Source: a virus. From it: a DNA stretch of 39,655 bases. Position 1 is the stretch's first letter. Every line of letters starts with the position of its first letter. A model generated the notes under the pieces. That model worked only from the letters and a program-made list of their open reading frames with translations. It searched no databases and was not told the origin of the DNA. The position numbers and the translations under genes are program-made. This document shows, one piece after another, positions 1-7,345 of the stretch. Location of the stretch: UHGV virus genome UHGV-0337752; one strand, written 5' to 3'.

Positions 1-66
1 AGAATACTTTCTATGTTTTGTCAAGAGTTTTGCTGAACATTTTCTAAAAGAAGAGAGGGTGATAAA

Positions 67-249
67 TTGATTTATGACAAAATTAAAGAAATATGCGAAG
101 AAAGAGGTTTGAGTGTTAGGTCAATTGAAATCGAAGCTGGATTAAAGAATGGAGCTATTAGCAAATGGAATGATTCAAGCCCAACTGTAAAAAGCCTTAA
201 AGCGGTTGCGGATGTTTTAAAAGTCAAAGTGGACAAGCTTATTTCTTAG
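67..249 (+). CDS. XRE-family helix-turn-helix regulator (Cro/CI-type), 60 aa
   Basis: HTH_3-like segment LSVRSIEIEAGLKNGAISKW. TTG start preceded by AGAGAGGGTGA RBS. In-frame stop at 34-36 bounds the N-terminus. Confidence 0.6.
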   Translation: MIYDKIKEICEERGLSVRSIEIEAGLKNGAISKWNDSSPTVKSLKAVADVLKVKVDKLIS

Positions 250-265
250 AGTAGGAGGTGAGGTC

Positions 266-691
266 ATGAAAGCTGCATGGAATATTAATGGAATTTTTAA
301 AGCAGATGCCGAAAAAGTTTCGGATGAATTATCAGCAATTAAGTGTACACCATCCAATGTAGTAGAACATGCCAGGAATCCAAAAACAGAATTACATAAA
401 TGTTTTGAATGGAATGATTCTATAGCAGGGGAAAAATACAGAGAACATCAGGCACAACAAGTAATACGTAATCTTGTAATCATTAAGGAAGAAACAGAAG
501 AAAAAACGCCCATTAGACTCTTTTACAATACCGGAGATAGAACAGGTGAGTATAAACCTGTACAACTGGTAATGAGGAAGGAAGATGAATATAAGAACTT
601 GTTAAATAAAGCCCAGGAAGAATTAAGGGTGTTTAAAAAGAAATATCACTGTTTGACAGAGTTAGAAGAAATTCTTTCATTAATTAGTTAA
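266..691 (+). CDS. hypothetical protein, 141 aa
   Basis: Strong RBS GGAGGTGAGG 6 nt before ATG. Tightly spaced after the HTH gene. No domain recognised by eye. Confidence 0.5.
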   Translation: MKAAWNINGIFKADAEKVSDELSAIKCTPSNVVEHARNPKTELHKCFEWNDSIAGEKYREHQAQQVIRNLVIIKEETEEKTPIRLFYNTGDRTGEYKPVQLVMRKEDEYKNLLNKAQEELRVFKKKYHCLTELEEILSLIS

Positions 692-692
692 C

Positions 693-816
693 GGTAATAA
701 TTGGTCTGTTGAATTGGCAATATATTGTTTTGTCATGAACAGAAAATCGCAGAACACTACAGAACACAACACTAGAAAACAAAATATTGCCAATTCAGCA
801 GACCAACAATTACTAT
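693..816. repeat. large imperfect inverted repeat (about 30-bp arms, about 48-bp spacer)
   Basis: Left arm TAATAATTGGTCTGTTGAATTGGCAATAT and right arm ATATTGCCAATTCAGCAGACCAACAATTA are reverse complements with about 3 mismatches. Spacer contains AGAACAC twice. Confidence 0.6.
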
Positions 817-837
817 AATTTTTCTGACCGTATACAT

Positions 838-943
838 ATTGGAATTAACCAATAAAAAGTAAAAAGTGCAAAACAGAGCAAAATAATACAGCAAAATAAA
901 TTACAGCACAGAATAATAAATATTGGATATAATTCCAATATTT
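838..943. promoter_or_regulatory. two palindromic operator-like sites TATTGG-N-CCAATA, plus A-rich direct repeats
   Basis: TATTGGAATTAACCAATA at about 838-855. ATATTGGATATAATTCCAATAT at about 921-943, overlapping the first possible start of the next ORF. Three ACAG(C)AAAATAAT-like tandem units lie between them. Confidence 0.4.
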
Positions 944-1645
944 ATGCGGTCAGATATAGGAGGAAATGTGAATAAAAAAGAAGAAAACATTATAACCTTA
1001 GAGCCAATTAAAAAATGCAAAATTAAGATTGCGTTAGTAGGAGATTCGGATTTGATTTTGAATAAGAAAGCAAGGTCATATGAAGAATTGGAAATATTTA
1101 AGCAATCACATCCGAAAGGAACAAAAATTCCTAAGGAGTTGCAGCAACCTTATAACCTTTTTGAAAAATTAATTACTTCTATTACATGGGAAAATAAAAT
1201 TCCGGTGTATGATGATTATTCCATGTACACAAAAGAAATGTGGGAAGAATTAATTTATTCAAACCGTCCGTGTATTTTATCAAAAGCATTTAAGGATTCT
1301 TTTATGGAAGCGTTTATTTCTTTAGGCTATAAAGAAGCCACAAGTAGGAATGGTACAGACTTTAAACGTTCTGTCAATATTTCCAATTGGAAGAATCCAG
1401 TGGATATTACATCGGCTACATTCAGTCAGCATTTGACTCCAAACACAGGAATCACAAAAACCAATGTTATTGCTCAATACAATGTTTTTTCTGGATGGAA
1501 ATGTGAAATTGAAATATCCCACATTGATTATATATTCGCAACAGATACAGTACTTGAAATTATAAACAATGCTGGTGAGTTTATTGGAATAGGAACACGC
1601 AGAGCAGAGGGATTTGGCAGATATCATGTTGAATCAATAAATTAA
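923..1645 (+). CDS. Cas6-like RAMP-superfamily protein (putative RNA endonuclease), about 225-240 aa
   Basis: C-terminal glycine-rich loop GIGTRRAEGFGRY fits the GhGxxxxxGhG hallmark of Cas6/RAMP proteins. Its position about 20 aa from the C-terminus and the protein size match Cas6. Start is ambiguous: TTG 923, ATG 944 or GTG 968 (the last follows AGGAGG). Confidence 0.45.
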   Translation: MDIIPIFMRSDIGGNVNKKEENIITLEPIKKCKIKIALVGDSDLILNKKARSYEELEIFKQSHPKGTKIPKELQQPYNLFEKLITSITWENKIPVYDDYSMYTKEMWEELIYSNRPCILSKAFKDSFMEAFISLGYKEATSRNGTDFKRSVNISNWKNPVDITSATFSQHLTPNTGITKTNVIAQYNVFSGWKCEIEISHIDYIFATDTVLEIINNAGEFIGIGTRRAEGFGRYHVESIN

Positions 1646-1765
1646 ATGCCCCGGCGGTGCTACGAACACCAACCGGAGCCGTAACCACATTACCCAAACT
1701 AATGCGGATACAGGAATATTTTACCATTTTCTCCTGTATTACGCAAGCACAGGAGGAAAATATTT

Positions 1766-2032
1766 ATGAACATTGAAAACCAGAAGGACAAGCCAACATG
1801 GGAAGAGCTGGAGCAGTATTTTGCGGTGGAGGTAATCGAGCAGAGCAAGAGGAATGCAAAGCATTGGTTTATAGCATTCCTGGTAACACTGGCGGCGCTG
1901 ATAGGCACCAATGCTGCATGGCTTTATACTGCGGGTACATATGACTATGTTTCCCAGGATGGCACCGGACTGAACAACATCAATACAGGAACACAAGGAG
2001 ATTTAGAGAATGGGACAGAGAGCCAGGATTAA
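1766..2032 (+). CDS. small membrane protein (one predicted TM), 88 aa
   Basis: RBS AGGAGG 9 nt upstream of ATG. Hydrophobic segment WFIAFLVTLAALIGTNAAWLY. Confidence 0.45.
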   Translation: MNIENQKDKPTWEELEQYFAVEVIEQSKRNAKHWFIAFLVTLAALIGTNAAWLYTAGTYDYVSQDGTGLNNINTGTQGDLENGTESQD

Positions 2033-2081
2033 GAAGAACGGCAAGAGCCGGGGAATCAAGAGGAAGAGAAGGAGATAAACG

Positions 2082-2180
2082 ATGTACATCAATCCATTTT
2101 TAGCAGGAGTAGTTTGCACTGTTTTTGCAGAGATACTAATAATTATAGCAATAGCGATTTACCAGTATTTTAAGAGTTAA
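2082..2180 (+). CDS. 32-aa hydrophobic peptide (single TM)
   Basis: RBS GAAGGAGA before ATG. MYINPFLAGVVCTVFAEILIIIAIAIYQYFKS. Ends 1 nt before the tRNA-like element. Too short for the ORF track. Confidence 0.3.
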   Translation: MYINPFLAGVVCTVFAEILIIIAIAIYQYFKS

Positions 2181-2181
2181 T

Positions 2182-2271
2182 GGCGGTGTGCGGTACACAG
2201 GCCCAGGTTCGATTCCTGGCATAACCATGGTGGAAAGTAAGAGGGTGCCGGTTCGACTCCGGCCGCCGCCA
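2182..2271 (+). tRNA. tRNA-like or tRNA-derived element with two T-arm/acceptor-3-prime modules (non-canonical)
   Basis: CCAGG-TTCGATT-CCTGG followed by CATAACC-A, and GCCGG-TTCGACT-CCGGC followed by CGCCGCC-A. The 5-prime GGCGGTG pairs with the terminal CGCCGCC as a 7-bp acceptor with one G-U pair. No standard D-arm or anticodon arm could be folded. Confidence 0.4.
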
Positions 2272-2292
2272 ACTTAACATTTGGAGGACAAG

Positions 2293-2439
2293 ATGGAAGA
2301 AGAATGGAAGGAATGCCAGAGCTGTTATTATTATGTTTTTGGAACAGATGAAGAACACTGTAATAGATGTGTGGAGTCAGTGAATGAAAAAGGAATGGAC
2401 GGTTTCGCTGGATATTGGAAACCTATTTACGAAGATTAA
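2293..2439 (+). CDS. small Cys-rich protein (CxxC...CxxC), 48 aa
   Basis: RBS GGAGGACAAG before ATG. MEEEWKECQSCYYYVFGTDEEHCNRCVES... Confidence 0.4.
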   Translation: MEEEWKECQSCYYYVFGTDEEHCNRCVESVNEKGMDGFAGYWKPIYED

Positions 2440-2546
2440 CGTTTAGGGAAAGGGTCGAGCAATAATGAGGGCGACCACGTGGCGGATACAGTAGTTGCAT
2501 AAGGGATGAGGCCGCCTAACTTAGCATTTTTTGATAAAGGAGGTAA

Positions 2547-3512
2547 AACAAAATAGTACAGATATTAGAACTTTTTGGCGGGATTGGAAGCCCAAGGGTT
2601 GCATTGAGGAATTTGGGAATCCCAGTAAAGGCAATTGATTATGTGGAGATTGATGAAAAGGCGGTCCGAAGTTATAATGCCATGTTCAAATCAGATTTAT
2701 CATATACCCCGCAGACCGTTGTAGGATGGAATCTGCGCCCAGATATATTAATCCATGGAAGCCCATGCCAGCAGGTATCCATCTGTGGATGGATAAGCCC
2801 TACAGGGGAGCCAAAGGGTGCTGACGAGGGTTCAGGGACAGAATCATCCCTTATGTGGGAAACCATACATATCATCCAGCGGATGGGTGAGTGGAAACCC
2901 AAGGTTGTAATCTGGGAAAATGTAAAAGGTATCCGATATAAGGGGATGAAGGATAACTTTCAAAGATATCTATGTGAAATGGAGACATTGGGATATGTAA
3001 ATAACCATACCTGCCTTGATGCGAGGAATTTTGGAATACCACAGGCAAGGGAAAGGGTATTTACCATATCATGTCTGAACGGTAAGGCATTTGATTTTGG
3101 GAAGTTAAAGCATACACCAATGAAGCCCTTAGATTGTTTTCTGCAAGATAATGTAAGCAGTAAATATTATGTGACACAGCCCAGTGTTTTAAATGCAATT
3201 GGAAAAACAAACACCGCTAAAAGGGCCACTGTGATAAAAGATTATGCTTATACCATTACAGAGAGACAAGACCGCTGCCCTGCGCAGGTAATTGACTGCG
3301 GAAATGGCCAGTATAGATATCTGACGGAACTTGAGTGCTGGAGATTATTTGGATATTCAGATGATGATTTTTATGCAGCCGAAAGAGCGAATCCAGAGAC
3401 TGGCCGGACAGGTCTAAATCGGACATTATATAAACAGGCTGGTAATAGTATTGTGGTTCCAATTTTTGAAGCGATTTTTAAAGTTTTATTTGATGAAGTA
3501 TTGAATATCTAA
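2547..3512 (+). CDS. DNA (cytosine-5)-methyltransferase, orphan, with non-canonical or missing start
   Basis: Motif IV GSPCQQVS, motif VI VIWENVKG and motif X QAGNSIVVP are present. Motif I ELFGGIGSP is encoded in-frame upstream of the first canonical start (TTG at 2604). The frame is open only from the stop at 2544. AGGAGGT RBS at about 2538-2544. Confidence 0.8.
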   Translation, partial: NKIVQILELFGGIGSPRVALRNLGIPVKAIDYVEIDEKAVRSYNAMFKSDLSYTPQTVVGWNLRPDILIHGSPCQQVSICGWISPTGEPKGADEGSGTESSLMWETIHIIQRMGEWKPKVVIWENVKGIRYKGMKDNFQRYLCEMETLGYVNNHTCLDARNFGIPQARERVFTISCLNGKAFDFGKLKHTPMKPLDCFLQDNVSSKYYVTQPSVLNAIGKTNTAKRATVIKDYAYTITERQDRCPAQVIDCGNGQYRYLTELECWRLFGYSDDDFYAAERANPETGRTGLNRTLYKQAGNSIVVPIFEAIFKVLFDEVLNI

Positions 3513-3538
3513 ATTAAGATTTAATGGAGGTGGGAGAT

Positions 3539-3739
3539 ATGAAATTTATAAAAAATGGCGGTGCGTATGAAACAGATGAAAACAATGAATGTAATATCTC
3601 AAAAATTACAGAAGATGAAAAGGTAATGACAATATCAGTTGTTGTGCCTAAGAATTTTTACGGAACATATTGTCAGAAATGTCCGATATGGAGTGATAGC
3701 ATATCGTGCTCAGTAGTCGGTATTTGCCCATTAAACTGA
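3539..3739 (+). CDS. hypothetical small protein with C-terminal Cys cluster
   Basis: RBS GGAGGTGGGAG before ATG 3539. Confidence 0.4.
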   Translation: MKFIKNGGAYETDENNECNISKITEDEKVMTISVVVPKNFYGTYCQKCPIWSDSISCSVVGICPLN

Positions 3740-3757
3740 CATTAAGGAGGAAGTGGA

Positions 3758-3985
3758 GTGAAATCTAAGAAGCCGTCAGAATGGCAAAAGGACAGTATCC
3801 GGCTACTGATAGAAGAAGCCAAAATAAGAAATAACTTTGATGATAATGAGCTGGCCTTGTATTTGGGGTTTTGCACAAGCTCGTTTAGAGAGCGTAAAGC
3901 CAACCCTCAAAAACTGACAATAGAAAAATTACAGATACTTCTGCAATTGACCGGGAAGGAGATGAAATTTGTTGAAACAGCTTGA
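3758..3985 (+). CDS. small HTH-like DNA-binding protein, 75 aa
   Basis: RBS GGAGGAAGTGGA before GTG start. HTH-like segment ELALYLGFCTSSFRERKANPQKLTIEKLQILLQLTG. Confidence 0.4.
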   Translation: MKSKKPSEWQKDSIRLLIEEAKIRNNFDDNELALYLGFCTSSFRERKANPQKLTIEKLQILLQLTGKEMKFVETA

Positions 3986-4277
3986 ATACATACCTGTTGG
4001 TAAAACACACTTAAGCCCACGGCAGAAAGACCGGATGATTATTCGCGGTTTAACCGCTGCGGTGATGGTCTTAAGCGGATTGCTGGTGATATGCATGGCG
4101 GTGATATTATGAGCCGCCGCCGGAATGGCACCAACCGGGCCGGAGCAATGGTGAATGCAAGCCGGTACACGGGATATGGTAAGCCAATAAAAAAGGTCGT
4201 CAGCCTGGCAGGGCTAAACGACCGGATACAAAAAACAACTCGGTCTGATTATATCAGAGATTATGGAGGTTTGCAAG

Positions 4278-4460
4278 ATGGAAGAAAGAACAGTTGAAAT
4301 TTCTGCCAATGAATATAGAAAGCTTATTGAGCTTGAAGGTCGGGTAAATGCAGCTTTGATTTTTTTGGATACCGATGAATATGCCAGTCGTAATGTGCTG
4401 GTCGGTATTTTGAGAGGTGTACCGGTTAAAGTTCCTAAGGATAAAACACATGATGAATAA
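4278..4460 (+). CDS. hypothetical protein, about 60 aa
   Basis: ATG preceded by TATGGAGGTTTGCAAG. Inferred as the internal start of ORF 4263-4460. Confidence 0.35.
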   Translation: MEERTVEISANEYRKLIELEGRVNAALIFLDTDEYASRNVLVGILRGVPVKVPKDKTHDE

Positions 4461-4602
4461 TTCTAAATGTGATTCTTGCGGATGTTTTCTTGACCCGGAA
4501 CGCTGGAAAGAATGTGATAAATGCAGGGAGAAGGACAGAGAACGTCATAAACGGCATTATAAGGAGATTATAAAATATGAATCTGGAACACAAGACGATT
4601 GA
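4450..4602 (+). CDS. small Cys-rich protein (CDSCGC...CDKC)
   Basis: In-frame ATG inside track ORF 4417-4602. Two CxxC pairs. Confidence 0.35.
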   Translation: MMNNSKCDSCGCFLDPERWKECDKCREKDRERHKRHYKEIIKYESGTQDD

Positions 4603-4727
4603 TGGTACTGCAATGGTATCTTATCTCCGGGATAGACAGTCACGCTTAAGTATTGGAAGTGCTGCAAGAAAGGAGCTTGAAATGGCTGTCATCTATATAG
4701 TTGGAACGCTCATGAAGGAGGAAAAAG

Positions 4728-5390
4728 ATGGGGAATCTTGACTTATACGAAAAGGTCCGTTCTGTCCCGGATAGCGCCAAGAAAACCATTAAGGGAGGCC
4801 GTACCAGTGGTATGACCGATATTAACCCCATGTGGCGCATAAAAGTCCTCACTGAGCAGTTCGGACCATGTGGGATAGGATGGTACTACATCCCAACGAA
4901 GCAGTGGTTGGAAACAGCAGGTAATGAGATAGCAGCTTTTGTAAATATTGAATTATACATAAAGGTTGATGGGGAGTGGTCTAAACCAATCGCTGGGAAC
5001 GGCGGGAGCATGTTTGCATCAAAGGAAAAGTCTGGAATATATGTATCTGACGAATGTTACAAGATGGCAACAACAGATGCTATATCCGTAGCATGTAAGG
5101 AGCTTGGGATTGGTGCTGATGTTTATTGGGATTCAGACCGGACAAAATACAACAAGCAGAATAATCCAGATTTGATTAATGAATCCGATATCAATGAAAT
5201 ATTCTTGGAACTGAAACGGACGGGAATAGGAATTAAAAATGTGCTATCAAAGTATGGACTGACTGATATCCATGATATGACCAATTCCCAGGCGAATGAA
5301 ACAATTATAAAGCTGAAAAAGAATCCAGATAAAGAGTCAGCAACCCAGCCTCCAAATGATATGCAGGATAGTGGACTTCCCTGGAATTAA
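4728..5390 (+). CDS. Rad52/Rad22-family single-strand annealing protein (Sak-like recombinase)
   Basis: RBS GGAGGAAAAAG before ATG. Conserved Rad52-like segments LTEQFGPCGIGWYY and KMATTDAISVACKELGIGADVYW. Confidence 0.55.
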   Translation: MGNLDLYEKVRSVPDSAKKTIKGGRTSGMTDINPMWRIKVLTEQFGPCGIGWYYIPTKQWLETAGNEIAAFVNIELYIKVDGEWSKPIAGNGGSMFASKEKSGIYVSDECYKMATTDAISVACKELGIGADVYWDSDRTKYNKQNNPDLINESDINEIFLELKRTGIGIKNVLSKYGLTDIHDMTNSQANETIIKLKKNPDKESATQPPNDMQDSGLPWN

Positions 5391-5402
5391 AGAGGTGATT
5401 AT

Positions 5403-6032
5403 ATGCATGAGTCAGCGGATATAACAGCATACAAGCTGGTTCCGGAGGGAACATATTTACAGATATTCATACCCGGAAGAAATCTCATGGAACCAATTAT
5501 TGAGAAGCACATGAATAGTTGCAGCATATGGCTTGACGATGGCAGACATATCAGTTCAGACCAGCGCCGAAAGATTTACGCCACGGTCAACGACATATCA
5601 GCCTATTCCGGTAACGTGCCGGAGGTAGAAAAAGAATGGCTTAAGTATTTGCATATCAACCGGACCGGATGCGGGTATTTTTCTCTGTCTGATTGCTCCA
5701 TGGATACTGCCAGGGAATTTATTAATACCATGCTGGATTATGCATTGGAACAAGGGATACCATTGTTGGACTTTGCACTTAACCGTACAGATGATATAGG
5801 TCATTACCTGTATGCATGTTTAAAGCTTCGGAAATGCGCCATATGCGGTCGAGAGGGCGAAATACACCATGTAGACACAATTGGAATGGGCAATGACCGC
5901 AGAAAGGTTGATGATTCGGATTATCGCAAAATATGCCTATGCCGGCAGCATCATACTGAGGCACATAGCATTGGTATGACAGCATTTGAAAGCAGATACA
6001 AGGTATATGGAATTACATTTTGTGATAAGTAG
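5403..6032 (+). CDS. HNH-nuclease-domain protein
   Basis: C-terminal CAICGREGEIHHVDTIGMGNDRR...ICLCRQHHTEAH is a CxxC...HH...N...CxC..HH zinc-finger HNH signature. RBS AGAGGTGA. Confidence 0.55.
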   Translation: MHESADITAYKLVPEGTYLQIFIPGRNLMEPIIEKHMNSCSIWLDDGRHISSDQRRKIYATVNDISAYSGNVPEVEKEWLKYLHINRTGCGYFSLSDCSMDTAREFINTMLDYALEQGIPLLDFALNRTDDIGHYLYACLKLRKCAICGREGEIHHVDTIGMGNDRRKVDDSDYRKICLCRQHHTEAHSIGMTAFESRYKVYGITFCDK

Positions 6033-6116
6033 CAGGTATTGACCCTATTTGGGATGATACATAGAACAACACTTGGTCAGAATGCAATATGTCACGATAT
6101 ACTTTTTGACCACTCT

Positions 6117-6160
6117 GGGCCGGGACCTATCAAACCTCCTTTACCCGGCCCGAAAGGAGG
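6117..6160 (+). promoter_or_regulatory. 5-prime-leader hairpins that can sequester the RBS of the downstream gene
   Basis: GGGCCGGG (6117-6124) pairs with CCCGGCCC (6144-6151). CCTCCTTT (6135-6142) inside that loop is complementary to the RBS AAAGGAGG (6153-6160). A candidate promoter TTGGTC-N17-GATATA lies at about 6078-6106. Confidence 0.4.
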
Positions 6161-6166
6161 GATTTT

Positions 6167-6553
6167 TTGAAGAATAAGAGAACTGTTAGCGAAGAAGTTC
6201 AGGCAAGGGTATATAATGCGCTCCTTGTAGGGAAAGAGAACGCATTGAACCGGGATGAAATGGTGTCAAAGACAGGAGAAGAAGATAGAGATATACGAAC
6301 TGCGATTGAAATGTTAAGACACGATAAGGTAATCCTTACACTTCCAAAAGGAAAAGGTTATTATATTCCCCTTGATGATGCACAGGGGAGGCAAGAAGCC
6401 TATAGATGGATTGAAAGCCAGGATAACCGGATAGAGAGTATTAAAGCGGCAGAACGTGGCGCAGAACTTTTTGTAGGACGAAATAAGAATAATAAAAAGA
6501 AGGATACCGGATTCCCTGGACAATTGAGTATGTTTGGTGCTGGGAGCGGTTAA
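6167..6553 (+). CDS. hypothetical protein, 128 aa
   Basis: TTG start 6 nt after AAAGGAGGG. No domain recognised. Confidence 0.45.
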   Translation: MKNKRTVSEEVQARVYNALLVGKENALNRDEMVSKTGEEDRDIRTAIEMLRHDKVILTLPKGKGYYIPLDDAQGRQEAYRWIESQDNRIESIKAAERGAELFVGRNKNNKKKDTGFPGQLSMFGAGSG

Positions 6554-6583
6554 TACGAAATATGAGGGGCAGGTGATGCCTAA

Positions 6584-7345
6584 ATGAACTATATAGCCTT
6601 GATTAATTCTTTCTGGGATTCAGCCATCCTAAGTCCGTTATCTACAGGGCAGGTGTCGCTTTATATGGCATTATTGCATATAAACAACAGGAGCAACTGG
6701 ATAGAGTGGTTTACAGCGCCGAATCAAGTGCTTTCCGTACTGACGGGACTTTCAAGGTCAGGAATACTGAAAGCGAGAAATGAATTAAAACAAAGAGGGC
6801 TGATTGATTTTAGGGAACGTGGTACAAAGGCAACTGTCTATAAAATTACCACTATGTCAAATAGTACGCAAGATAGTAATCAAAATGGTAATCAAGACAG
6901 TGAACAAGATAGTAATCAAAATTGTGAGCAAAACAGTAGCACATTATATAAACAGAAACAAAAACAGAAACAAAAGAATATAGCTAACGCTATACAAGAA
7001 AGATATGTTTCTGATGATTGCCTGAATGACACAATCATAACTTTTGCTGAATATCGAAAATCAATCAAGGCACCAATGACCCCACATGCAATAGATTTGA
7101 TGTTAAAATCTCTTGAAGAATTAGCGCCAGGGGATGAGAAAACCAAGATAAAAATATTAAATCAATCAATTGTGAATGGATGGAAAGGAGTATTTGCCTT
7201 GAAGGATAAAGAAAAACCCATACAATCTGGTCAACCTAAAAACCAGTTCCATAATTTCGACCAGAGGGACACAGACTATGATGCATTGATGTTAAAACAG
7301 GTAAAAGGCTGGGTAGGGGAGGAACCGCATGAAGGAAATACATAA
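6584..7345 (+). CDS. phage replisome organizer / replication initiation protein
   Basis: The N-terminal segment resembles the phage replisome-organizer N-terminal winged-helix domain. The central low-complexity linker is encoded by direct DNA repeats. Confidence 0.5.
   Translation: MNYIALINSFWDSAILSPLSTGQVSLYMALLHINNRSNWIEWFTAPNQVLSVLTGLSRSGILKARNELKQRGLIDFRERGTKATVYKITTMSNSTQDSNQNGNQDSEQDSNQNCEQNSSTLYKQKQKQKQKNIANAIQERYVSDDCLNDTIITFAEYRKSIKAPMTPHAIDLMLKSLEELAPGDEKTKIKILNQSIVNGWKGVFALKDKEKPIQSGQPKNQFHNFDQRDTDYDALMLKQVKGWVGEEPHEGNT

Noticed and set aside
2182-2271. Calling the element a standard class-II (long-arm) tRNA or tRNA-Sec
   Set aside because: With the acceptor fixed at GGCGGTG/CGCCGCC, the 12-nt segment before the first hairpin cannot form a D-arm and no U33-anticodon-purine37 loop is available. 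It is kept as a tRNA-like or tRNA-derived element only.
4091-4297. 68-aa Arg/Gly-rich ORF in the 3990-4262 gap
   Set aside because: Composition typical of a GC-rich non-coding frame and no RBS. It is retained only as part of the gap finding.
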